From Neoconidiobolus thromboides FSU 785 (Eukaryota > Fungi > Entomophthoromycota), in contig MU626275.1 in assembly GCA_025603075.1 (NCBI GenBank), forward strand, positions 118,227-182,226: a stretch of DNA of 64,000 nt, written 5' to 3'. The position numbers were made by a program, and so were the translations under genes. The stretch's first letter is position 1; each line of letters begins with the position of its first letter. Shown here one piece after another: positions 1-12,033 of this stretch. Below the pieces are notes generated by a model, which was not told the origin of the DNA, did not search any database, and was given only the letters and a program-made list of their open reading frames with translations.

Positions 1-219
1 TTGAGCAAGTGCATTCAACCCTCTATGGCTCAATGTCAAATTGTAATTATGGCTATCTTCTTTTTGGTATCGGATATTTTCAATGGCTCTTTTCTCATAC
101 ACTTTTATTTGAGGGTATAGCTTGTTTCCGTTGGAGTCTTTGCGTTTTGCTAAATAAATTGCAGTTAATAATCCTACTGGACCAGCTCCAATAATCACTG
201 TTTTTTCGTTAATTGACAT
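1..219 (-). CDS. BNA4: FAD-dependent monooxygenase, kynurenine 3-monooxygenase-like; 5' end only, runs off the left edge
   Basis: Manual translation from ATG 219: MSINEKTVIIGAGPVGLLTAIYLAKR...VYEKR...NYNLTLSHRGLNALAQ. GxGxxG dinucleotide-binding motif plus a KMO-like NLxLSxRG motif. Absent from the ORF track. Confidence 0.7.
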   Translation of the reverse strand, partial: MSINEKTVIIGAGPVGLLTAIYLAKRKDSNGNKLYPQIKVYEKRAIENIRYQKEDSHNYNLTLSHRGLNALAQ

Positions 220-488
220 ATTGTTATTGCTTCTCTCGTCTTTATTTTTTGGTTTTGTTACTTTAATTTATATATATAAATTGGAATTTTATCTTTAACG
301 TTTTCTATCTGATTTTATGCTTTTTAAAATGATTTGTTAATATGGAGAGAACACGTAACCAATTGATATCAAACTAAATAACTATAAATGTCAATTTACA
401 AAATAAACCTGTTGTAGTCTACAGTATTTGCCCAAATTTCAGGAATGTTTGTAATGAGCTAGCAAACAGATTTATTAAATAAATATAT

Positions 489-587
489 GGGGATGTATTT
501 TTGTGTTTAAGAATTTTACTAACAAATTTTCCGCTTGAATAGCGCTTAAAAGGTGGAAAAAGTAATGAAATCAAAAAAATCATCCTC
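489..587 (+). mobile_element. 99-bp MITE, copy 1
   Basis: GGGGATG...CATCCTC; TSD ATAT/ATAT. Confidence 0.9.
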
Positions 588-1575
588 ATATCTTAATTGC
601 TAATAAATCAAAAAGTTAATATTGTGTATCACTTTAAAATCATACACTTATTGTCATTTGCTATGTATTAAACTTGTAACAGATTGTAACATGTTATATA
701 CATTTAAAAGTGTTTTAAATATGTAATTTTACTAAGTTAGCTTCAAATCCCTTATCAATTTCAAAGATCTTGCTCATCTCCCCAAACTCCCAAACTCGGT
801 TTAATCTTTTTCCTTGTTATAGAAGCAATTGAATATTTAAGATTTGTAACTAAGGTGCTCTTTATTAACTTTCAAACTTAGATGACTGCCCAATTAAAAT
901 ACAATCTAAAAGATATTTATTTTTTTAACAATTTTAATGCTATGGCTCTATTTAAAATAAGTAAAACTATTTACTGATCATCTCTTATTGAAACACTCTC
1001 ATTTATTTGGAGTAGAGTTATATAAGGTTAAAATATTTACAAACAGTGAATGGTAGTGGTCAAAAATAGTAGGAACCTTTTTACAAATTTTTATTCCTTT
1101 TGATAAAGAATTAATTTTTAACATTAAGTGAACAGAAGCTGATTAATTCATTAACTAATTAAAAGTTAAATCCTATCCTAACCTCCCTAATTCTAATTCA
1201 ACCCTAATATTTACTGTATACAGGTTATTTTTCTAAGCTTTTAATCTATTTGATTGTTTTTGATTACCATTTTTTTTAACTATAGAGTAATAAAAATCTG
1301 CAAAAGATTTTTACTGTCCTTAAGCATCACCTTACTTTATTCACATTTAATGAAGCAAGTAATAATAAAATACTTCTTTTGCATCTAAACGCAATGCATG
1401 ATGACATTAATCAATTATTTTAATTTATTAGTCTATTAATAATCTTTTAAATCGTTATTTTGGTATATTTGATAAATCCTTGTTAATTTATCACATAATC
1501 AAAAATGATGGATTATTAAGAATTTAACCTACATAATTTAAAAAATACCTTCGCTTTTTATGTCTTTATTTGAAA

Positions 1576-2767
1576 CTACATTTTGGCCTTTAGAAATGAT
1601 ACTTCGCAGTATTGGCTATCTTGTAGTTTATAATCAATATTGATAGCCAACCATAAAGTTATGATCGAAACAGTCACCGTATCGTCAAGAAAATTGATCA
1701 TAGCTAGGGGTACCATAGAAAAGAAGTAGAAATCAAGAAAACAAACAAAGAAATAATATAAACAATATCGTCCGTAAACACCTATAAATCCCCCCAAAAC
1801 AACTTAACATTATCCAATAAATTAAAATTTCAAATCCATAGACTAAGTAAATTTTCAACCTCAATAATAAAAAGTATACAAAGTTTATTTATAAGAGCCA
1901 TCAACCAACCCCATTTATTCATCACTGCCACAAAAAGCAACTAAGCAAACTAAAATTAACTATGAGTAAGAAATGATTTACATTACAATATGTTGTTCCA
2001 GAGATCAAGCTTCCAATATCAAACTCGGGCTCATCATTATTTAATTTATTATTAGGCGTTAAAGTTTCTGTATTCACTTTTGTGCTTTTGGTTTCTGTTT
2101 CCTCATCCGTACTGGTTGATTCTGTTGTTTTTGTAGGTTCATCATCACTTGATGTTTCTCCTGCACTTGATGTTTCTTCAACACTTGTTGGTTCCTCCGT
2201 TGGACTAGCTTCTTCTGTTGAATGCTCTTCTTCTGTTTTACTTTCTTCCTCTTTTTCACCATCAGTTGAAGTTTCACTTGTCTCCTCAGTTTGACTTGTC
2301 TTTTCAGTTTGATTTATATCTGTCGGCGTCAATTCAGCATTAACTGGTTCCGTGATCTTAGAATAAAAACTGGACTGACAGTTTAATAAACAGCCTGACA
2401 CATCTCCGCCTCCTGCTTGACATGCAACTGAACAATCAATGTGCTCTTGGGCTAAAAAAGGGGATTAATTTAATTTTTTATATTATCTAACTGAGCGTTA
2501 ACTTACCTTGCGTCAGTATTCTACCCTGAATACACTGAGTAATGCACAGGAAGTCGGAATCGCTACATGCGCATCCCAGACCAGCTATTATTTTTATTAA
2601 TAAAACTTTCAATCAAATTAACTTTTGAAATTACCTTTAACTAATTTAGATAGTTCATTTTTATCAATTTTGTTTACATGTTTATTGATGTTACTCGCTT
2701 TTTTCTTGGTGTTACTGGCTTGAATTAGAAACAAAAAATAGAATAAAAGTGACAAGTTAATTATCAT
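1576..2767 (-). CDS. Multi-exon secreted or membrane protein: signal peptide, small Cys-rich domain, Thr/Glu/Ser-rich stalk, possible hydrophobic C-terminus
   Basis: ATG 2767 gives MIINLSLLFYFLFLIQAS. GT-AG introns join exons reading GCACSDSDFLCITQC and HIDCSVACQAGGGDVSGCLLNC to the T/E-rich ORF 1922-2401. Linkage to the hydrophobic ORF 1576-1797 is uncertain. Confidence 0.6.
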
Positions 2768-3547
2768 TTTATTTTTTTAGTAGAATGATTATTTGATTAT
2801 GAATTTCTGTATTAAATGTTCTTATTCAAGTTTTAAAGGTTATTTCATGTAAATAAAAATTTGAAAACTAAACTTGATTTAATTTTTTTTCAACCTTTAT
2901 TTATAACCTCTATTCACTCTTGCTTCTCTTTCTCTCTATTGATAATTAAATGCCAACGTATTCACTTGATTAATAATATCAATATCATTGGTGTTATTCT
3001 CATTCTCTCATTCAATCCTCACTAAGAGGTTTAAATCTACTAATAAACCCTTATTATATTCTAAAATTCACACTATTTAATTCAATTCTTTGTTTGAAAT
3101 GAATTTTTAGAATTTCTCGATTGATGATCAAATATCTCCCATTCAATTCAAACTTTAAATGAGTCCCATTTCATTGGTCAGTTTGCTATATGCTGCATTA
3201 AAAATTATAGCTAAAGTTACAATTTGGAAAGTGTGAAATGATTGGCTAGCTGGGCTTAAAAATCTAGACAAGGAAAGTTTAGTAGGAGGTATGGACTAAC
3301 TAGCCTCCTTTTGGATTTTTAATAATAATATAATAATGAAAGCGCATATTTCCTATTCGCTTAATTAAAATACTACACTTATCACACTGTTTTCATCATA
3401 CATAAAATTACATTCAAGAGATCAAAAGCGGTGCTCAAAATTTGCACTAAAACAGAAAATCCAAAATATTCCTATTTCATTGGCTTAAATTCCAATATCA
3501 TTATAAACCCAATTTTCTATTAACTTTATCTTAACAAGTTCATAATC

Positions 3548-4428
3548 ATGAACCCAAACCAAGCTAATTTATATCAGAGACTGAACACAAACAGTAAACC
3601 AAAGGTAGCCCAATCTCGAACTAACATTTAATATCATCTAATAACTACGTAAACTAGGAAGATGAAGGCAATTATTTAAAAACCTGGGTAAAGCAAACGC
3701 TGTTACAAACAGATGAATTTGAAAAGATGTTTAAAGAAAAAGTAGAAAATAAAATAGTGCATCTCAGTGGGATGAGCTTGATTAAAAGTAAAGAGAAGAA
3801 GCGAATACTTGCAATAGTTAAAAGGATGAAGAAGGCAAAGCCATTGACGTGTAAAGAGAAGAGAGAGTCAGGGATCTATGAGATACCAGAGGAAGCTAAA
3901 AAGTAAGTTTGAATATAGGAAATAAGAAGTTAAATTTTGATCTTAGCTTTAAATAGATATGAGTATTTTGTCCCACTGAACAAACTGTGGCAGCAATATG
4001 TAGATGAGCTGGTTTGTAATGAGGGGAAGGAAAAAATAAAAAATCAGTTACTAAAGATGGATTATCATGGATCAATATTAAAAGGTAAATCAGAGCCTAT
4101 ATATTGGAAATGACAACAGCTTATTATTTATTAGTCATAAGGTCGACGAATCCAAGTTTAATTGGGAAACAGGGGATTGTGATTCAAGAAACTAAAAATG
4201 TATTTAAGATGATACAAAAGGATGATAAAGTTGTTAGTAAGAAATATATTATTTTTTATTTCTTGATTTTGTTTAATCTTTATTTTAGTAATACCAAAAA
4301 ATAACAGTGAGTTTGAGATTCAAGTTAAATCTTTTAGATATAGAATCATGGGCTCTAATTTCTGTTATAAGCCATATGAACGAGCAAGTAAAAAGTTCAA
4401 ACTTAAAAAGAACAATCCATTTTGTTAA
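3548..4428 (+). CDS. POP4: RNase P/MRP subunit Pop4/Rpp29 (5 exons)
   Basis: Spliced translation includes FVPLNKLWQQYV, LLKMDYHGSIL, VIRSTNPSLIGKQGIVIQETKNVFKMI, IPKNNSEF and YERASKKFK, all typical of Rpp29. Confidence 0.9.
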
Positions 4429-4524
4429 AGTATAGAAGAAAATAAATTTAATTTATAAATGATGTTGAATTTTTTTAATTAATTTATTTGTAAAAAAGAT
4501 CAATTTAGAAAGAACTTATTATTG

Positions 4525-5179
4525 TTATTCTTCAATATGCTTAATAACCTTGGCTGGATTTCCAGCCACTACTACATTATCTGGTACATCTTTAACTACG
4601 ACTGATCCTGCTCCAATAGTTACTCCATTTCCAATAGTTACCCCAGGACAGATGGTGACATTTCCACCAATCCAACAGTTATTTCCGATCTTAACTGGTT
4701 TAGCAAACTCAAACTCGAGTCTTAACTTAGGCTCGATAGGATGGGTAGCTGTATATATATGTACGTTTGGTGCGATAAAACAGTTATCACCAATGGTTAC
4801 AGTAGAAACATCTAAAATGATACAGTTGTAATTCATTTGAAAGTTGCTTCCTAATAAGAAAAATAAGCTATTAGGTCGAGTTAGATAGTAAATCAGCTAT
4901 TTTCTTACCTACGAATATATTGTATCCATAATCGACCTTAAAGTCAGGTTCAATAAAAGCGTTGTTGTCTTTGACGCTACCAAAGAGTTGGGATACCATC
5001 TTCTTACGTAACTCTATATCCTTAGCTTCAGTAGTATTGTATTTTTTCATCCATTCGCGTGCTTTGAGGCGATCTTCGCAAAGTTGAGGATCACTAGGTT
5101 GGTATGGATACCCCTTGATCATTCTTTCCTTTTCATTCAAGCTATCGAATTCAGCCTTGTCTTTGATATAGTTTTGCAT
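4525..5179 (-). CDS. maa: Maltose/galactoside O-acetyltransferase (hexapeptide-repeat family), 2 exons
   Basis: ORFs 4871-5179 and 4525-4836 join through a GTAAG...TAG intron (~4852-4909) to read YGYNIFVG|SNFQMNYNC. Motifs [22 protein letters not shown] and [11 protein letters not shown]. Confidence 0.9.
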
Positions 5180-5767
5180 GTTTGAAATTACTCTGTGTTA
5201 GTTTATATCAATTTTTACTTTTTTATTGAGTTTATATAGGTTAGTGATATTATGGATTGTTAATTAAACTGTTTGCTTTTGACATTATTTGTGAAATGTG
5301 GTACCAATCATTTATTTCCATTTTATAAAGTTATTTATATTTATGATTTCAATGCTTTAATATTTTGATAAAAAAATATTTCAAAGGATAGTTAGAAGTC
5401 ACATTGTCTTATAGCTCTAAATAGAATTAAGAATTCTGGACTATTTTTAGATTTGTTAATAAAAGACAAAGCTATCTTTAAAATAGGAGGAAGGAAATAG
5501 TAGAGCTATTATTTTGTTCTGATTTTTTTGTTTTAGGTATTTTCTAAAATATTATTGACCTTCACACTTGAACAAATTTTTCAGTTTTTAATAATTAAAT
5601 TTTAGGCTGTATTTAGCACATTAAAACTGAATAAAATCCTGGATACAGGCTAATCCATCTACCAATAGACCAAGGAATATCAAAGAATAGCCTAAAATCT
5701 AAAATAAAGCCAAAAAATATAAAATACTCTCATAATTTTCTTTCTTATTTTTGTTTTTCATACAAAA

Positions 5768-6852
5768 ATGTTACAATCTATTCCATTTAAGCTACTTGAA
5801 ACAATGCTCTACGAGTCTGATAAAGATGGTATTATAATAAATTCAATATCGAACCATTAACTAACATCTTTCAGACATCGAACTCTGGCCATATCATCTA
5901 GCTAGATTACAGAAGAGTATTGCTAATTTCCAACTGGGAGTAAAACTTGATTTTATTAAACTTCGTCAAGCTGTTGATGCTAAGGTTAAAGAATTTAAAT
6001 CTCAAGAATCCAATTTAGTCTACTATTCTTTCTATAAAGATGGGCAAGAAGTAAAAAAAATACTGAGATTTAGAGTAAGTGGAAATAAGTTAAGAAATAC
6101 AATCAGTTAATACAATACTAATAGATAAGGTTATTACTCTCTCACGATGGCACTTATGAAATTCAAGTTGCTAATCAAGAGCCAATGAGTAATGGTGGGA
6201 TTAATTACACAGCATATTTTTTAAAATTCAATAACATTAAAATAAAATAGAACTTGGTAAACTCCCAACAGTCAATGTGAAACTGGATTCTGCTCCAATA
6301 GACAAAGATAGTCCATATTTATATTATAAAACCACTTTAAGAGATGTTTATAATCAATCTAGAGAAAGGATGGGTAAGTTATATTTAACTAAATGATATA
6401 TTATTATATTATTAATTTATACCACTTTTATTCATTAGGTATTAATAAACCAGAGAATGGATTATTTGATGTCATCTTGTATAATCATAATAATGAAATT
6501 ACCGAAACAAGCATCGCCAATTTGGCTTTAGAAGTGGAAACTAATGGTCAAAAGAAGTTCATTACACCTAAATTAGAATGCGGTGGGTTAAAAATTTATT
6601 CATTTAAGTTTAGTTGATTTATGATTTTGTTATTTAGGGCTACTTATGGGAACTAAAAGGGCATATTTATTGGAGAATAACAAAGAGTTCCAAGAAGGGG
6701 TAATTGGCAAAGAGCAATTGGTAGAGGCAGTAAAGGTACGGTTTATCTTTTTTGTTTTTATTTTGTTGATTGAGTGCTTTCTTTAGGATGGTAAACAGCT
6801 AATTGGCTTTAATTCGGTACGTGGCGTGTTTAAGATGAATTTAATCATTTAG
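5768..6852 (+). CDS. ABZ2: 4-amino-4-deoxychorismate lyase / class IV PLP aminotransferase-like (multi-exon)
   Basis: Spliced translation LLETMLY...HLARLQKS...RVRLLLSHDG...YKTTLRDVY...DVILYNHNNEITETSIANLA...CGLLMGTKRAYLL...GFNSVRG matches fungal Abz2 motifs. Confidence 0.85.
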
Positions 6853-7830
6853 TAAAGCTATTGTTAAAGTATTTTATTATATTAAAATATTTTTTGCATT
6901 TGTAAATAGCTGCTTTTATTTGATTCAGATAAATTTTTGCTTCTAATGTTATTTTTTAATTTTTTATAAAATTATTAAACATTAACTAAAAAATCTAAAT
7001 TATTTTCTGAAATCTAGTAACAATAAAAATCGTAAACATTCTCGTTTAAATATAATTCTAAATTATCCTTATCAAAAAACAGCCCCTTATTACAATTGAT
7101 AGTATATAGGCCATTTTATGAAATTATATATAATTATTATATATAGCTAACTCCTAAGTTCCAGGCTTGAATTTCTTAGGAAGCCTAAATAATTTTTTCA
7201 AAATTGCAAATCTTATTAGTATCTAGTTTTAAATTATAAAAATTAGAAAAGTATTTCTTAATTGTGGTTTATTGTTGTAAATTATTATAACTAGAGCTTT
7301 TTGTTATATTTTATATTATATAAAATTTAACAGTCCTTTTTGCCATAGAATTTTTGATGAAAATGAATATTGTTTAATAGTTTTTTTAATGGAAAAAGAC
7401 ATATTAACCTGGATGGAATGGAAATCAAACTTGAGTTCCATAAATAGTCAAATGAAGTGTGCTCTGTATTTACATGTTGTATTTATATATACTATAAACT
7501 GTGAAATTCGATCATTAATGTATTTATGTTTTTTTACTCTAGTTTCTAAAAATGATTTAAATTCATTATTGTATTGATAAAATTTACTTTTATTCAAGGG
7601 ATAAAGAAACAATTCGGTTTCATAAACAAATAAACTTTGATGTAATAAATAGGATCTTTTAAATAAAGGTAGAGGTAAAGCTTAGTTAAAGAAAAAGAGA
7701 TAAAGATTAATAGGATCACAATTTTTTTATAAAGAGTGTCTTCCTCATTTAACTATTATTACTTAAATTAGTTTAACATTGTACTAATAAATTATATAAT
7801 CAAGGATTTTTACTATGAGAATTATTAAAA

Positions 7831-7989
7831 ATGAAAATGAATTTCTACTTTTTAGTTATACTTTTTACTTATATCAACGCATCTCTTGCTTTACCTCAAG
7901 ACTTTAACCAAGATTCCAACCTTAATGGCGATTATTCTCCGCCATCTACAGAAATAATTCCATCTAGATATCGTATTGCTTTCAATTGA
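7831..7989 (+). CDS. Putative 52-aa small secreted peptide
   Basis: MKMNFYFLVILFTYINASLA|LPQDFNQDSNLNGDYSPPSTEIIPSRYRIAFN*. Classical signal peptide with an A-x-A cleavage site; locally higher GC than the flanks; TATA-like sequence ~7790. Confidence 0.5.
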   Translation: MKMNFYFLVILFTYINASLALPQDFNQDSNLNGDYSPPSTEIIPSRYRIAFN

Positions 7990-8105
7990 AAACACATTAC
8001 TATTTCTATTTCTATTTCTATTTCACAGCATTTATAATTATAGATAAAATTTATTCATAAATATTTTTTATTAAACGATACACATAGTCAAAACTTTTAA
8101 CATAT

Positions 8106-8202
8106 GAGGATGTTTTTTTGGGTTCATTACTTTTTCCATCTTTAAGCGCTATTTGAGTGGAAAAATTATTAGTAAAATTCTTAAATACAAAAACACATCC
8201 CT
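8106..8202 (-). mobile_element. MITE copy 2
   Basis: Full length; TSD ATAT/ATAT. Confidence 0.85.
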
Positions 8203-8545
8203 ATATTTAGTCTAATAATTATAGCTTTATCAAAATTCAACCTTAAACAAGGTATATATAAGTAGTTTATTATGCACTATAATTATTCTAGAACTTATTT
8301 TAATATAATTAAATAATAAACCATTTTATTTTATGTTTTTAAGCAGTTTGGTAATAAACTTCCAAATTCAGTGTTGAATATTAAAAACAACGAAAATAAA
8401 ATTTGATATAATTTGATATAGACATTAAACATAAAATAGACTTATTGACATGAAAGTATTTATTTTAATTTTAATTTGGCTATTATTTTAAAAGTAGTAA
8501 TTAACCTAGCAGATTGATGATAAATAAGGTTGTCAAAATTAATAT

Positions 8546-8639
8546 AGGGTGTGTTTTTTGTTTAAGAATTTTATTAATAATCTTTCTACTCAGATAGTGC
8601 TTAAAAATGGAAAAAGCAGTGAAACCAAAAAATATCTCC
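8546..8639 (+). mobile_element. MITE copy 3 (diverged)
   Basis: Colinear with consensus; flanks ATAT/GTAT. Confidence 0.75.
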
Positions 8640-9058
8640 GTATTTATTTAGAGGATTTAATATTTTTTAGTTTTTTAATTTTGTAATCATAAGAATCCAG
8701 CTTCACTTTACGATAGTACAATATAAACTAAACTAGCGGAGAGGTTATTTCATAAAAACCTAATTCCTCCAACAACCATTTATTATGTATTTCTTTATTC
8801 TGATAAATAAATTTACAAAATTCCAAATATTAGAAAGTTCTGATTTGATTATTTGAGTTTAAAAAACCTCTTTTAACCAGGTATTTTCGAAATTGCTAAC
8901 AAATCGGTTAAAATTGGCGGAATTTTGGGCTAAATTTTAATTAAGCTTCAGCTTAAATAAAAATCCAGTTATACTTGAACTCTTTTTCTAGTTTAGTGAT
9001 AATTTTCGTAATCAAATTATTTATATAGCTACTTTTTTTAGAAGGCTGATCGTTATAT

Positions 9059-9155
9059 GGGAATATTTTTTTGATTTCATTACTTTTTCCGTTTTTAAGC
9101 ACTACTTGAGTGGAAAGATTGTTAGTAAAATTCTTGAACAAAAAAATACATCCTC
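9059..9155 (-). mobile_element. MITE copy 4
   Basis: Full length; TSD ATAT/ATAT. Confidence 0.85.
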
Positions 9156-9492
9156 ATATCTTAGTTGAATTTTGCCATTATTTTTTTCTTAAGTAGTTAA
9201 TTTTGTCTCAAGGTTTAGAGCATCTGTGTCTACCAAACCTAAGAGAAAAGCCTAGATAAAATTAAATTTAAAGCAAATTTTTTTTAAACATAAAACAAAG
9301 TTTGAAATTGTTTTTTCAATAAGTATAATCTATTATAAAAATAAGAAAAAATAATAATAAAAGATATAATTTTATTATATATAAAAAAAAGATTAAATTT
9401 GTTATTTTAAAAAAAGTTATCCACAACCGTACAAGTATTCCATACTTAAAAAAACATTTAACATAAACTATCACCTTTACTATCCCAATTTC

Positions 9493-12033
9493 TTAATCAT
9501 CTCTTCTATTTTTCTTTTTAAACCAAATAAACTTATGTGATGCTTTAGGCTTTAAGATTGTATGGTTGGGGTCGTTTGGGTTAGAAGCTTGAGAATTAGA
9601 ATGACTCGAAGGAGTAGAAGAATGACCAGATTGAGCATCGCTAGGTTTCATACCATTTTGCATACCAAAATGATGAGCGTTACGAATACTTAACATTCTT
9701 TCACGTTCTTTATAATCCTCAGCTAATAAGCGATCTAATGGGGTTAAACTTGGGTCTTTTAAAGGTGAACGATTAGCTAAAAAGGAAGGAGCGTTGCTGT
9801 CTTTACTAGTAATGGATAGATTGGAATCATTAATAAATTCTTCAGCTTCTATGTTACTTAACCCAAGACTTAATTCAGATTCAGAGGGATTACATTGTTC
9901 ATCTACACTATCATAGCCATTATTATTAGCTTTACTACTGTGAATGTTGGCCATTAAGTAAGGCGGTAAATTGTTTTTGGAAATACCCTTAGGGCTTGCA
10001 GAATCTGCTGGTATAGCTCTTGATTTTAAAAATTGAGAGAACCGATTACCACTGGATTTACTATTATTGCTTTGATAACTTATCACTGGTTCCTCAGCTT
10101 CTAATTTAGGTTGGACTTGTAGGTTATTGTTATTATTAGAAGTTAAATCCCTTGCTTTTTCTTTCAAACTATTCTTTCTAAAGCTTAATTTAGGGAAGCC
10201 TTTGCCTGATAAATTAGACCAAAATGAAGAGGATGTTTTGGTGGTATTGATAGACCTCGTACCAGATTGCAAAGATTTTGAATTCGATTTAACGTCATTA
10301 ATATCAATTTCTCTCACTTCTAATTCAGATATACTTTCAAATGCATTCTTCCAGCTTTCACTGTCTTCCCTTGATTCCACATAAAGATATTCAGTAGATA
10401 ATTGAGCACCATTACCTTGAGAGATCCAAGAGCCTACTTTATTAGGCAATGACCTTGTAGATGACAAAATAGATTTAAAATCAGAACCTTTCTTTGAGCC
10501 TGCTACTTTTTTAGCTCCATTTAAAACAATACCAGGTTCCTCTTCCTGACTTGATTTATCCGTTATCCTAAAATAATATTTACCAAGGTTGGAATAATGG
10601 GCTATTTCAACTGTATGTAAAGAGATCACTTTAGCTACATTTTTACTTTTATCAAAACGATCCGATTTATAACATGATAACTCTTTTCCTCTTAATACAA
10701 AATACCTTTCACGGAATGAATGAGTTACTGGTGCACGACGAAACATATACCCAGCTTTAATTCGCATTGATCCCCTAGATATTCCTTGGTCGCCACTATT
10801 CATAGAAGTGGCATTAAAAGAACGTTGTGTTTTTAATTCACTATCAACACTTGTACCACTTTCACTTAAACTATTAGAAAATGTACGTGTGATATTATTA
10901 GCCTTATTAGTTAATTGATTTTGTGTTTGATGAGCCGCACAATGATCATTAACTTCACGATTTAATGTAATTAAAATACGTCGCCAATGATCTAATTCTT
11001 CAACTGAAGTAGCTCTTAACCACCAACATTTTTCAGAATAACGTAAAATTAAGCACGATTCTTTAGTATCTGGAGAATTTGGAGAATCAACACTAGTTTC
11101 TTGAACTTGAAAAGGTCTAGATAAATCAGCACTACCAGCAGGATTGCTATCTTTCTTTTTTTTAAAATACCAAATACCTCTACCTTGTACAATAAACCAT
11201 CTTAATTTCCAACTTGGAGATATACCACCTTTCAATTTATACATATAACCTTCAGCATAATGTTCATAATACAATGAAGGTTGTATAAATATAAAATCGG
11301 ATTTTTTTTGTAACTCTAATATATCTAAATGTCTCAAATTATAAGAATCCAATCGACGAAAATCATCTAACCAATGACCAGCTCCATTCCAAAATAAAGA
11401 GTAATCGCCACGCCAATTATTATCAACAACTTCATTTTGAATACTTAACCTTTTACTACCTTTATCTTTGGAATTTTTATCTTGTATTAAGCCACTCTCA
11501 TCCGAATGGATAGATAAATTACTTTTTATTAAATTGTTATTTCCATTATCTTTGCCATTTGGATTCCAAATATTACATCTTAATAAACAAATATCTCTAG
11601 CTTGACTAACAGTTATTGAATTGGGAAAACTTAATGTTTGCCAAAGGTCCTTAGCTACATAACGTATTTTTAATTTAATAATTGGATCACTATGGGTCAT
11701 TTGAGGTTGATGTGACATAGCAATAAAACTAGCTGGTAAAACCTCAATTTCATTCTCAAGATCATAATTATTATCCATATTATCCGTTATTTCCATTGTT
11801 TTTGTTGGCGATATATGTAAGGATGAACTTGGTGTCATTGTATTATCAGTAAGTTTTGTTTTGGTGATAGTAATATCAATCTCGTTGGGTTTTAAATTAT
11901 TAAAATGCACCATTTCATTTTTGGAATTGGGTGTATCTGGTCCGCTAGACGTAGAAGAAGTAGGTGAATGATTAATTGATGCTTTTAATTTGGTATTTTC
12001 ATTCGTTATCGAAGCTTCAATGGAGGCTATCAT
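9493..12033 (-). CDS. Tandem PH-domain protein with an N-terminal ubiquitin-like (talin/FERM F0-type) region
   Basis: 846-aa single ORF. PH motifs EGYMYKLKGGISPSWKLRWFIVQG...ELDHWRRIL and AGYMFRRAP...FRERYFVLRG...SESWKNAF. Upstream LSFPNSITVSQARD...YSLF...WLDDFRRLDSYNL suggests a beta-grasp fold. Confidence 0.8.
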   Translation of the reverse strand: MIASIEASITNENTKLKASINHSPTSSTSSGPDTPNSKNEMVHFNNLKPNEIDITITKTKLTDNTMTPSSSLHISPTKTMEITDNMDNNYDLENEIEVLPASFIAMSHQPQMTHSDPIIKLKIRYVAKDLWQTLSFPNSITVSQARDICLLRCNIWNPNGKDNGNNNLIKSNLSIHSDESGLIQDKNSKDKGSKRLSIQNEVVDNNWRGDYSLFWNGAGHWLDDFRRLDSYNLRHLDILELQKKSDFIFIQPSLYYEHYAEGYMYKLKGGISPSWKLRWFIVQGRGIWYFKKKKDSNPAGSADLSRPFQVQETSVDSPNSPDTKESCLILRYSEKCWWLRATSVEELDHWRRILITLNREVNDHCAAHQTQNQLTNKANNITRTFSNSLSESGTSVDSELKTQRSFNATSMNSGDQGISRGSMRIKAGYMFRRAPVTHSFRERYFVLRGKELSCYKSDRFDKSKNVAKVISLHTVEIAHYSNLGKYYFRITDKSSQEEEPGIVLNGAKKVAGSKKGSDFKSILSSTRSLPNKVGSWISQGNGAQLSTEYLYVESREDSESWKNAFESISELEVREIDINDVKSNSKSLQSGTRSINTTKTSSSFWSNLSGKGFPKLSFRKNSLKEKARDLTSNNNNNLQVQPKLEAEEPVISYQSNNSKSSGNRFSQFLKSRAIPADSASPKGISKNNLPPYLMANIHSSKANNNGYDSVDEQCNPSESELSLGLSNIEAEEFINDSNLSITSKDSNAPSFLANRSPLKDPSLTPLDRLLAEDYKERERMLSIRNAHHFGMQNGMKPSDAQSGHSSTPSSHSNSQASNPNDPNHTILKPKASHKFIWFKKKNRRDD

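Noticed and set aside
9-194. Plus-strand 61-aa ORF
   Set aside because: Antisense shadow of the KMO-like gene on the minus strand.
2074-2294. ORFs 2074-2277 and 2082-2294
   Set aside because: Alternative-frame and antisense shadows of the T/E-rich exon.
8953-9141. Short ORFs overlapping MITEs (8953-9141, 24418-24651, 37991-38203, 52144-52362)
   Set aside because: They consist largely of MITE sequence plus random flank; no independent coding evidence.
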